A DNA stretch of 64,000 nucleotides from Fimicolochytrium jonesii. Taxonomy: Eukaryota. The notes below the pieces were generated by a model that saw only the letters and a program-made list of their open reading frames with translations, had not been told where the DNA came from and ran no database searches. Both the position numbers and the translations under genes were made by a program. The DNA is taken from positions 1,054,001-1,118,000 of the forward strand of contig NW_026515669.1 in assembly GCF_025526975.1 (NCBI RefSeq), written 5' to 3'. Of this stretch, positions 27,830 to 39,933 are shown piece after piece; position 1 is the first letter of the stretch, and each line of letters starts with the position of its first letter.

Positions 27830-30558
27830 ATGTCCGTCGAAACAGGTACCGAGGAATGATGTCTTGTTACCGATCGACGCCGTTTGATACTGGATCAATA
27901 ACAATCTATTATGCATACATGACAGTCCAAATCCGCACCGCCGCTGCCTCTGAGCAGAGCGAGGATGCGCAGGATGTTGACAGCCAAGTCCGTGACCTCA
28001 AGCGAGAACTAAAGGAGTGGGAACGGGCTTTCGCGGCCAAGGCCGGGAGAAAGCCGGAGAAGCCCGATATCCTAGCGGATAAGACGATAGGTGAGGCAGC
28101 AAAGTATTGCCCATGATTGGAGAGTTTGCTTAAATCGTGAATGGATGATTGGTAGCTAAGCGATACAAAACGTACATCAAGCTCAAGAACACTGTGGAAG
28201 GCGGCGGGAAGGATGCATCAGAGTCGGGTAGTGCCAGATCATCTGTGGTCAAGATAGCGCGGTCCCGTGCACCAGCCGACAATAACGAGGTGAACGATGG
28301 CGCCAAGTCTGATGACGAGGAACCTGCGCCGAAGCCGCCAAAGAAGGCCTTAGATGCTACTAGGAAGGGTTCGAGGCTAGCGCAAGCTCAATCAGCAGAG
28401 TCGACGGTCGATGATGATGATAATACACCCGAGCAGCCGGCTCAACGGGAAGCTGCGGCTCCACGAAAATCGAGCATGGCCAACAAAGCAGTCTATTTCG
28501 AGGAGACTGTGGTTTCTTCGCTGGAACCCAATGTGTCGCCTATATCGGACGTAAGGAACAGCGATACGTCGTCCGTATCGACAGCCAATGCCGCGGAAGC
28601 ACGTCCATGGGGCGCCAACGCCGCGCTCCCCGACAACTTCAAGTTGCGAAACACCATCGCGTCGGGGCCCATTTCCACCGCGACGCTGTCGGTGGAGAGA
28701 CCGAGCACGGCCGGGAGAGAGCGGGGGTCGACGGTGGGTGAGAACAGCCGACCGGATGTGAGTGGGGCCAGGCCTGCAAGCAGCGCCGGTCGTGATGCCA
28801 GCGAGGATGACGCGGAGATGTCAGAGTTCGTGGATTTCATGAACAGGAAAAAGGAGTTGGAGACCCTCACGGCGGCCAAACCCGCCGGTGCGGTGTCCGC
28901 AGCCGCGGCGTTGTCCCGTTTGTTGGCACAGCATACAAACAGCCGGCCTTCCAGTGCTTCTGGCGAGCCCCGACTCGTCACTCCGATCATCACCTCCATC
29001 ACGGTCCAGGCTCCAAAACCTCCGGTGACCCCGCACTCTGCCCTCCCAACATCGCCGCCTCCGGAGCCATTGACGGCCGCGCAACTCCGCGAGTTGTCGA
29101 AACCGTATGACCCGACAGCGTCCCAGGACGACGACGATGCCGAGCCAGATACGCCGTTGCACGCGGTGCCGCAGAGGACAGCGCCACGAAAGGGCAGTGA
29201 CAGCAAAAGTCCTGTCCCGCCCGTCCGTGGCAAGTTGGCTTTCACGGACCCTTCTGAGCCGACAGAAGATGTCAAACCATCGAAAGCTGTGGACGAAACG
29301 CCAAAGCCACCAGAACGGACTTCAAGGAAGGGGTCTGCGAAAGCGGAGCCGAAGCCTCCTCAGCCGCCAGCGGAGGACGAGGAGGAGGAAGACGAGCGGG
29401 ATGTCATTGCTCCCCTCGCGCCTGCCGCCAACGCAACACAGACGATGTGCTTTGGTGCGGATGCCATTGGAGTCGCGACAAATCCAAGTATCATTGGCGT
29501 CAAGATCTTCTAGTAAGGCTGATGCGCACTCCACCATTTCACCTTCAATATCGTCTAACATTCGTCTTATTTCCTTTAGCAGGATACCGCCAGAATACAT
29601 CCTGCGATGCAAACTCTATCGCAAGAAGAATCTGCTGGACAAGGCCCACCCCACGTTCTTCCTGTATAATCAAGCGGACGAGAGCTTCCTGCTCGCTGCC
29701 AGGAAACGCAAAAAGTCCAAGAGCGTCAACTACGTGATTTCGACCAGTCAGCTCGACATGAGCAAGGATTCGAAACATTACGTTGCTAAGCTGAAGTATG
29801 TGACCGCTCGATTTCATGTGCGATTCCATTTCGTTGCCGCAGACTAACCAGCTGTGACCTCCTCGCAGGGCGAACTTCCAGCGCACAAACTTTCTGCTCC
29901 ATGATGCACGGTCGTATAATCCGAAATCGGACAACAAAGGCTTCAAGGAGCTCGCCTGCTTCAGCTACGTGAGTCTTCTTTTTATTCCTCCGAGTTTTGA
30001 CATTCGGAACGCGTCAGAGCTAACGGACCAGATCCCGCCGCAGACCAAGACGGTGTTACCCCGTGAAATGTCGATAGCGATTCCATCTCCCAAGATCCCG
30101 GAGCTCTCCGTAAGTCCACATGTGCTTCCCGCCACATATCCGTTACGCATAACTCACTTCATTATGTAATCGACATAGGAACACTACAGCAAAGACATCA
30201 TGGCAGACGTCAAATCCCAGAACACTGAAAAACTATGCTTCCTCCGCAACAAGCCGCCTCGCTGGAACGAGGCGACCCAATCCCACTGTCTCAATTTTGG
30301 TGGACGGGTGACGCAGCCTTCCATCAAGAACTTCCAGCTTATCGGGCCTGAAAACGGTAAGCAAAGCGATGCGTGAATCATTCATTCCCACGACGACATT
30401 TGACACAGACTTTTTTTCGATGCATAGAAAACTTCGTCGTGATGCAGTTCGGACGATGCGGTCCTGATTACTTCACACTCGATGCACGGTACCCCATGAC
30501 CCCCCTTGAGGCCTTCGCCGTTGCGCTGACGACGTTCGATGCCTATGACAATGCGTAG
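27830..30558 (+). CDS. Tubby-domain protein with N-terminal Sld2/RECQL4-N-like helical domain and long disordered linker
   Basis: C-terminal Tub domain: [82 protein letters not shown]-terminal exons give [42 protein letters not shown]. The frame is continuous after splicing. Confidence 0.9.
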
Positions 30559-30878
30559 CTGCAGGGACAACTATTGCGTCGGCAGTTCCTGTTCTTTTTT
30601 CCAACTGACTCCTTCTTGCTAGTTTCTACTTGCTTTTGCTTGATGGTTTTCTTGTTGCCCTTTCATGTAAAATCCAAACTTCTGAGTGTCTGTCTGCAGT
30701 TCTGAGAACGTTTTGCGGGAAATGGATATGGCCACTGCGATGTGGCGCATCAAATGAGGAGCGAACAGACGCTCAGATTAACACAAGCGATTTCAGGATC
30801 CCGGCATTTCCCCCCACAAGGCGTTAATCGGATTTCCAAAATCATCTACAGGTGACAAGTATCCTGCAGCGCAAGACA

Positions 30879-33752
30879 TCATTCTAAGGAAGGCGGGGCA
30901 GCGCCCGGCACTTCTGTGGGATGTGACGGCTGGGGCACGATCGGCGCTACGGAGGTGAAGCTGTCTACCAACCAGTGATCCGCCGTGGACGAATTTGGTG
31001 CATCCGGCGGAAATGCCAATGCCCGTCCGAGATCCAGCTTCACAGCATCAGGTGGGAATGAAGGGGTGCTATGATCCTGAAGTGGCACATCCGGTTGAAA
31101 AGGGACTTGATGTGTTGGCATTTGCGGTGGAACCGCATAATGATCCTCCAACCGAGGCGCGATAACCTGGTATGTTACGTCCGGCAGACTTTCTGGTTGA
31201 AAGGTGCCAAGTTCCGGCTCACTCACAGGCGGCGCAGGTGGCGGGTCAGGCCAGACCTTGTATAGATTCTCCTGATACCGATCAGACTGCATGAACCCAT
31301 TCTTGGAGAAATGTATCCCGCAGGCGTTGCAGAATGTGTTCTTGCCCAGTGGTCCCCGACGGATCGTAGGCGTATGTGGGCCATCTAGACCGCACCAATA
31401 GCATCGCCAGCTATGACGTGGTTCTGAAAGTGCCAAACATCAGCAATATGCACATTGTTCCAAACAACGAGACGAGGGGCGCCGTAGGGATGCTGGCGAT
31501 CAGGGCTTACCACTCGTTTCAGCCGTGCCATCCTCATTCCCAACCTTGACAACGTCCTGCGCTCCAAGCCCATCTGTGTCCCTATCATCTAGGGCTTGCA
31601 TCTCTTTGATGATCTGTATAGTTTTCCGCATCATCTCCATTTGCCTCTGCTGCAGCTCCGGGTCGAACGCAGGTGGAATGCGCGGTGCGCTTTGCTTCGG
31701 GGGTGAGATCCGCTCCGCCGCTGCCACATTTGGGGACGAAACTGCCACAGGAGGAGCTACTAGCGGGTTGCCTACTGACCTTTGTGTGACCGAGTCAGCA
31801 AACTGCGGAGCTCGAATGGGTGTTGGGGGTAATGAAGTCTGAGGGGCAAACGCGTATGAGGTAGGGAAAGACGGCACCGTATACGGCACGCTTGGTGGAG
31901 GGACATATGGTCTGAAGTTATACATGCTCAGACCAGAATATGCCGGTAGGGAAGAAGGTGGGATTGATGCAGTAGATGTTGCAAACGGATAAGGATATTG
32001 TTGATGTGTGTAATTTGATTCCATAGAATACAAAGGGTGTGACGCCACGGGCGCTACTGGGGTGAAATTTTGCATTTGCGTTCCAGAATGCGATGGATGC
32101 GGAGTGTATGCTTGCTGCGGTACTGACGTCGAATTGACATGAGGTTGCACTGCATGTTGCGGCACGTCAGGAACATCCGCAGATGCATATCGTTGAATAG
32201 GCGCCGGGGCGGGAGACGCAGCATAGCGCTCGCGCGTGGGTGCTGGAGTAGGTTCTGGGCCGGGCGAAGCAGCGTATTCATTAAGATTGCTGCCGCGCAG
32301 AGGCGGTCGATTGGAAGCATATATCGAGTTCGTAGCGCGAGAGGGCCGGTCACGGAAGCCAGTTGATTGCGGGGTATCAGACCGCTGGGGATACGGCGTT
32401 GTCGCGGCAGTTGACGTATTGCGACCGAGTGTTTGACGGTGCTGTCTCCTCAAACGGCTGTTTCGGAAATGAGAATAAAGTGAGCGACGGAACATCGACG
32501 TGCCAAAAGGGCAATGCCACACATACCGAGTATTGCGCTCCTTCTCCTTGACGATCCTTTCGATATCTTCCTCGGTCAGCTCTCGTAGCTCCGGTTCCCA
32601 TTCATCCTCCACATTCTCAGCTCGAAAGGGTCGGCCACGGAGAGGCGGCGCGGGTGTAGCATCGTTGTAGTTCATTCGAGCAAAGCACACCTGTTCGCGT
32701 ATAGCATGTGCGATCACAGGCACAAACTCCCCTCCCACCCCCAAATCGGACGCTAGTTGTTTCGCAAAGTCCTCCGGCGTCATGGACGACGTCGAAAACA
32801 AAGGCCATTCGAACTGATCTGTCAAGTGGAGTGTTCCTACGTTCAGATCCAGCTGTGAAATGTCGAGAATCAGTATCATCGGTCAGGCTCCCAAATTCAG
32901 ACCTATCGCAAGTGTACCTTGACAGCAATCCTCAGTTCCCCATACGCAGTCTCATCGTTCTCGTCAACCTTGATCCTAGGCTTCCCTTCTGCATCAGGGT
33001 CTTCCTCCGCTGCGACGCCATAGTTTTGCACCTGTCTTCGGATCTCCTCAGCGATGAGGGGAACAAACTGGTGGGCGTACGGTGAATCGAAATCATCCGC
33101 CAAAAGCGTCGCGAACTGCTCTGGCGTTATCAGTGTCTCTGGAGGGACACAAATCACCTCGGTTAGACATCTGGAGGCCTTCCTCAAGCCGGCGTTCCGC
33201 ATCGCATCGCTGAACCACTACGGCATACCGTTAAGATTCCAAGTAAATTGGTCCCGTAACTTCACTCCTTCGACTTCCAAATCCAGCCGAATAGGCACAA
33301 GCTGCACCGTTCTCCTTGCCAAATCATGTAGCTGCTCCTTGTTGCTAATGGGTTCAACGCATAAGTTTCATCACCTCCTGACCATAGCTCCGATCGTACA
33401 TCTTCCAAGCTGCCCTCATGAACTCACAAGTAGTAGTGCCGTGATCCTTTCGCCCTAGAGTGCGGATCGTTTCTATACTTGAAGTCACCCAGATACTCGC
33501 GCCGTGCAAGAGCCGCCCTCTGCTGCTGTGCCTGTAGCTCGAAGTCGTCGCTGTCGCCCATATCCGATAGAACTGCAAGACGGAACCGAACCGTTAGCCG
33601 TATGAAAAGACTTCGAAAGTCGTCGCTACGTTCAGATCAGGCTCGGATTCTCTCATATGCCACAAAATGCAGTTGATATCCCGCAGAGCAACAAACATTA
33701 CAGCTGCGTTGTACATACCATAAGCCGACTGAGAGTACATATTGCGCGCCAT
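30879..33752 (-). CDS. SFH1: Sfh1/Snf5-family chromatin-remodelling subunit with C-terminal GATA-type zinc finger
   Basis: SNF5 repeats LVPIRLDLEVEGVKLRDQFTWN...ITPEQFATLLADDF and LTDQFEWPL...TPEDFAKQLASDLGVGGEFVPVIAHAIREQ, then WEPELRELTEEDIER. The last exon has CYWC-x20-CNAC with RRGPLGKNTFCNACG. Confidence 0.88.
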
Positions 33753-34839
33753 GGTTGCAAGCTCCCGTTAGATAAATGTAGACAAGTCGTAAGGGCGCGT
33801 CCGGTGGAATGAGGTCGGCGCCGGCAACGTGAACGACTGCGAAGCTACACCGAAAAGGAAACGCAGATCCACGTCAGAGCCTCTATATGTACCGTTCTGG
33901 CCAATTCGTCTTATGTGCGTATCGCACGCAGGGTTGTTTTGAATTTGTCTTGGACGGACTCGGACGAATGCAGGCCAAGCGCAGACGGAACGCGTCTTGA
34001 CTCTTCAACCTCGCACACCTAAAAATCGGAGAAAGGTGGCCAATGCTTCCTAGACTCCTATGCCTGCTTGCGCACAAGAAGCCGTTTGATCTCAAATTGA
34101 CCGGCATCACTGTTTTGCAGCTTCAATGCATTGCACTATTCTAGCGACATTAATGAAGTTCGTGTTGGAAGTTGGGGTACGTTCTGCTTCAAGTGGCCGG
34201 TAGTCTTGCGCGCCTAAGGTTCTCTGAGGCTACGATGTCCAGGTGTCCCAGACCGCCTTTTGCAAAGGGTTCATCAACATGCTGTCGCAGTCAGAGGGCC
34301 GAGATTAAGGGAGCGGAAGAACGATGGAGTATTCGCAAGGAGTGAGTTTTCTTGAGGAGGTGTTTGGTATCGCCAAGCAGCTGTTGCGTATTCATGTCTC
34401 AAATCCCCAAATTCGCCTTGTCCAAACCCCCACAATGGATAGCAAGTTCGTCGAAGCTCGCTCAGCACTCTGAATGTCATATGAAAACGATTCCGGACGG
34501 AAGACGCATACCAGTTCCCCACATATTGAGCCCCAGACATCCCCATACAGCCCCACGCCGCGCTGATCCAAGATGTGAGTCCAAGTTCGACGGCAACCGC
34601 GCCTCCCTAGGGTTTGCCAGATTCCACGTCGCATCCCGCTCCCATGACTCCCTTTCCCCGCCTCCATCCACCATCTGCCCTGCTGAAAGATCCATGTCGC
34701 CAAAGCCTTCTGCTCCCACAATAGACGCTCCACAATCGACGAAGCAGCTGTACACGGACCGCTGATGATTTTGCACTTAATATTTTACAGGCGCACAAAC
34801 ATCCGGTCCACACAAAATTGGTATCGCACCACTCCCAAC

Positions 34840-35937
34840 TTAACGGGAGGTGGCCTTAGGCTTGGGTGCGGCACCCTTGGCAGCTTGCTTGCTGAACTTG
34901 GGCTTGGGCTGAGCAGCGCGGGTGGCAGAGGACTGAAAGACAGAAAGAATAAGTGATCCCATTACATTATAATCCTCTCGAAACTCCGATCAACAAACCT
35001 TGGCCTTCTCGGTCTTCCTCTTCTGCTCGTCGGCCTGCTTCTTCTCCTTGGCCTGACGGAGAGCTTGTTGACGCTGGGCGGCACGGACCTCGGGCTTCTG
35101 GGCACGCTTGGCCTTGATGGCGTCCAAAGAGGCACCAACGACGGCACGCTGGGCCTTGACGGTACGGCGGGTCTTCTTCTTGGTGACCTCTTCAGTGATA
35201 CCCTTCTTGTGGAGACGACGGAAGACAACGGTCCAGTCAAGCTTGGACGGCTTCAATCGCTGCAAGAAGTAGGACTCGCACTTTCCGTTGATAAAACGGT
35301 AGACCTATGCATCAAAACGCGAATGCCCTTCAGTCAATATCCAGTTTTGCGCCGTTCTCCCACAGCTCGACTATTTAACGTACGCGGCTGTCACCCTTGA
35401 CGAAGATCTTCCCGTGACCGGGATAGATCTTGAAACCCGAGAAGTTGCAGAGCTCGGTCCTGAAGAAGATGCGGGGAATTATTGTGAGTAATTCGAATTG
35501 TGAGATCCGGTGTGAATAGAATTCCAGGACAATTCACAGTTCCACAGTCAAAAAGATTCCCTAAGCGACCGCATGTCTGCTCCGTCTCTCCTTGTGCTTC
35601 CCCCCTTCGCCGACACCGTCCGGTCGTATCCAAAATCCTCGCATGCTACAATCATAGGTTCATTCCCGGCGTGTCGCAATTCTACCCACGCCTTCCGGCG
35701 ATATTCCCAACTCCTATAGCATTCGTCCGCATATTTTCTTCAAACAGTAGCGTGGCGATGAGGCATGTCGGCAATGTTGCGGTCGTTCGGTTCGAAATGG
35801 TACTGCCTCTCGCTCGTCGACTCCTCCATCGATCCATCCATCGTCGAAAGTCATTCATCCATCCATCCATCCATCCGAACGCTGCTGGCCTCCCTGCTTC
35901 CGACATGTAGGTTGTCCACGCCGCTTCTTTACCTCAT
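34840..35937 (-). CDS. RPL24: 60S ribosomal protein eL24
   Basis: Spliced [62 protein letters not shown]...ATSR*. A 5-nt first coding exon (ATGAG) is followed by a ~470-nt intron. Confidence 0.97.
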
Positions 35938-37023
35938 GGTGGAATGGTGCTGGTCGATGTGTCGTCGCCGTTAGCTACTGTCCTACCCCGAGTCACTCAG
36001 ACCCCGATGTTGATGCATTGTTACAGCTCGATTATAATTAGCGTATTTAAATCACGTGGAAAGCGCGTTCGAACGTTGACTGGGGGCATAAGGGAGGCTC
36101 CCGTCATGGATCTGGAGAGTTGCGACGGACCTTGGAGATTACCTGTGGAGGTCAGCCCTGCGTTGTTCGATGCTGTCGGTCTTACGTCGTCGTAGTTGTT
36201 CAAGCTTCCGTCCGCAATGCTACCCAAATCGCGTTCGCCGTTGGTCGCCCCCTGCAACCTCCGCCACCCATCCCGTCGCATCATCGCGAATCCCCAATGC
36301 AGTTCACCAAGTCGCCTTTTGGGCACAACAGGTCGCCTTTTCAACTGGCAATCCTCGCTAAGGCGACAGACACGGTATTCGCGTCGTCCGAAATATCAGT
36401 GGAACCTTCATTCGCGCTGAATAAGCCCTGTCATCGGCCTGAGGTCTTTGTCTCACCACTGTGGTTGTGCACGGGGATGAGTGAGGGAATCGGAATCGCG
36501 CTCGACGACACCTTCACAACTTAGAAGCTTCGCGCGAACCGTTTCTTCGCCCTACTTACCTAGCCGTGCGCACAGTCCTCCTCTATTGACGTCAGCCTGC
36601 AGAAGCACCCCAGAAACACTCCACAGAAACACCCTACCACCATGACTTCCGCGCTCGCCGGGCGGTCACGATAAGTGGCTCACGGGACGTGGATTGGCCG
36701 AATTGCTGTAAGATGACGTCCCCACCCTGAGTGGCTCAGAGGTTGCGGATTCGATGTTGGAGGATGATTCGGGTCCAATGAGGTGGGGAGGATGACTCGG
36801 AGGCGATGGTCAGTTGCGCGGCCTGCTGCTCCCTTTCGCGCATGTGACCGACGACTACACAGCGATGAAAGCAGGCGGAGAGCTTCGGCCCGAAGCCGAA
36901 TTCCAGAGAACTAGGCGCTTTCATCCCCCTTTGCGGATATGCTGAGTCACACGTGCACCAGAATCCCCAGAAAAACGAAAGAATCGTCAAATGTGCTGGA
37001 GTCGATGGGACGATATGATCGTG

Positions 37024-37067
37024 CCCCCCATAAGCCAATCCCCCCATAAGCCAATTGGCTGATGGGG
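37024..37067. repeat. Tandem 16-bp duplication merged into a 26-bp near-palindrome (three CCAAT/ATTGG cores)
   Basis: CCCCCCATAAGCCAAT at 37024-37039 and 37040-37055. CCCCATAAGCCAA/TTGGCTGATGGGG at 37042-37067 has one mismatch. Confidence 0.85.
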
Positions 37068-37109
37068 TGCACTGTCATAGTCGATTGTCCCAAGGGACGC
37101 GCCAATTCC

Positions 37110-38120
37110 TCATCGACAACGGAGACGATTGATGAGAATGACTTGGGTGAGGATGAGGATGCAGTAGGAGACTCGGATGAGAATGCGGAGGGTGAAGAGA
37201 ATGAGGATGCAGTGTAGATGGATGGAGAGGATGGGGATCAGTCATCGACTCCTTTACGCAGGAAGACGAGGTTGTGCTTCTGAGCGGGGATGGGTGCGAC
37301 GCCCGCGGAGGCACTGCAGCGGTCTTCACCAGCCCCACCGTCAAGAACTTGATGGGACTGATTCGCTGGGGCACCAGGAAAGGAAAGAGGCAGGAATCAT
37401 TACACACGTTGGAGTCGAGAGGACGGTTACCCCAAGGCATGCGCAATATCTTCTTGACAACAGGTACGCGCCGAACACCATGCGGCATAAGCATATGCAC
37501 TCTCCGATATCACATTACCTTCAGAAACCGCTTTGTTTTACCAATTATGCCAAAACGTGTTGGCGGTTCTCAAGGGTAGCTCACTGAACCGGGCAGTGTC
37601 AGCCGCCATTGAGCTTTTTCGGCTGGCGATAGGCAGGGGAACGCCGCTCGCAGCCACCTACACTGAATTGACAAAGAGGCATTCCGGATCGAAAGGACGG
37701 CGTCCGGAAAGCATTGCGCCTCGGGCCCAAGAACCCTTGAACGCGCCCGGAGCATCACCACGGCAAAGTATGAGCGACTCACTCGCGCAACCGCCTACCT
37801 CATCATGGCCACCCAGCATCCCCGAAGATAACGACTACTGCCAGCTAACCTGCTCTTGCAGACAGACGCAATCTTTTGTTACAATGTCCTCGTAGCCCAG
37901 TAGTGGTCTCACCGTCAATTCGCCGCGGGGGTCGCATGGAGGACGCAGATTGGCAACGGCTGGAACTCGATTTCAATACGATGGGAGCTTCGGCTGGACT
38001 GGTCGCCTGGGAATGACGGTGAGGACAAGGCGAGGACGCTGTCGTGCCGGATGAGGCAGAGGGATTGGTTGAGCAGGGGTATGAGGACGAGCAAGCGGAC
38101 CAGAGATGGCCGTGTATCGA
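37110..38120 (+). mobile_element. Degenerate Mutator/MULE-like transposase relic with SWIM-like remnant
   Basis: Frameshifted and stop-interrupted frames: an acidic tract, then AQYLLDNRY...CFTNYA / NVLAVLKGSSLNR (resembling the MULE Y..W...TN..E.H..LK region), then LTCSCRQTQSF / LQCPR (resembling SWIM CxC-xn-CxH). Confidence 0.4.
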
Positions 38121-38810
38121 AAGACTTGCTCGGATATGGATATGGATACTGCTCAAATCCGTATCCAGTATCCGCAGATAGAAAGGTCTTGTCCATTCCC
38201 ATACACAAACAGTAGACGAAAACTATGCGACATCGTACGGTGTCAACCACAAATTCCCAATTTGCGATATTGATAAGCCATAACCGTTGAGGTTCACGAA
38301 CGCCGTGCGGTGGCTCATAATGGGTACTTCCCGGATTACAGCCACATTCCAGGAAGCCCGATACCCGCCCAGCTCCCTGGGTGCGCTCGCCTGCCGGAAT
38401 AGAGGCACCGAGACTCGGGGTCATTTATCAATCGGAGAACCTCCGAAGAGCCAAACTCACACGGCGGCCCCTGCGAGGATGGCTATAACGTCCTGATCCG
38501 TTGGGGCGGAGAAGTAGAGTCACTTGTCCAAGCCCTTGGCATAGCCGTATCTCACTTCCCGAGGTTCAGAGCCGGAACTCCTACCGGAAAACGCTTCTGG
38601 TGGAACCCGCAGGAAAGTCTAAAAGCGAGAGCTCAGAGCAAGATCATAGCATGACCAGCAACAGATCCGATTTCAATTTGGAGCTCTCCGATTAGAACAA
38701 TATGCAGAATCCAAGGTGACGTACGCCTAGGTAGCTACATACACACAGTGAAGGTAATACAAGTAACTATGTGCAAAAGACAACCAACGTTTGCTGCCAT
38801 TGAGGATAGA

Positions 38811-39933
38811 TCAGATGTTATTCAAGATCCCGGGTTGGATAGATTCCAATTTCTGGCTCAGCTCCGCCCACAACTTCTTCTGAGCGGCCACGCCTTCAGG
38901 CCTCGTAACCATCGGAGCCACGCTGCGAATCGGACGGAAGTATTAAGCGTCACAGCGCATGATGACAACACGGCAACTGGAAACCTACGGTGTGATGCGG
39001 CAATTGCTCAAGTACTGCCCATGGCTTTCCAGGCCGGCGTGGGCGGCATGAACAAGGGTCCGGGACCCGTATTCCGTCGATCGCGCCAGCGCGGCTTTGA
39101 GCAAGGTTACGCCCATACCAGTGATGCCACCAACTTTTACCAGCTCTGAGTGGCAAAGTCCAGGATTGAGGAAGTTGATGACCACGTTTGGCTTGTAGTC
39201 GGCGGGTTTATTGGCGATGACGTTCACCAGCTCACGCACAATGAAGACTTCTATGAGCTTCGATACGTTGTACCTGCAATCAACATCGTGAGGGGCTGCA
39301 GGTTGATTCTCGAACTTCAAGAGGATGCACCACTGACCTGTCCCACATTCTAGCGGTCTTCTCATCATTCAGTTTCTCAAAAATGTTGTCGGCCGCCTTT
39401 TCCGGGAAGCTGGTCATGAAGTGGACCTCCGACGATACGATAACCAGATGTGGAAGAATCCCAAACTTTTCAGCGGACTCCCTCAGTTTGGGGAGCACGA
39501 GAAGAGCCAATAAGAAGGTGCTGACAACATTGGTAGTGATGGTTGACTCGTCTTGCTCCGCAATTTTGAAATCGAAAGTAGATATCCCAGCGTTTTCGAT
39601 GATGGCATCGAGCCGCGGCAGTTTTTCCACTCGACGGGCAAACGCTTTGACAGAGGCGTAGGACATCAAGTCAAGTTCCCATACTTCCACGTTCTTCTTT
39701 CCGCTAGACCGCTCGATGTCCTCCTTTGCAGCATTTCCTTTTGCTATTGTCCGAACTGCCAGAATGACTTTTGCAGCCCCCAATTTCGAGAAATAACGAG
39801 CGCATTCGAGACCCAACCCGACATTGGAACCAGTCACAATGACCGTCTTGCCTTCAGCACTCTCCTCCGGCTTAGGCAGTGAGGTGAAAAGCTGGCCGTA
39901 AACGAAACCCGGGAGAAAGCGTATGGTTTCCAT
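38811..39933 (-). CDS. Short-chain dehydrogenase/reductase (retinol-DH-like fungal subfamily)
   Basis: TGSNVGLG NAD(P)-binding motif, ENAG, VSS, catalytic YNVSK and NPG. C-terminus KLWAELSQKLESIQPGILNNI*. Three exons. Confidence 0.93.
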
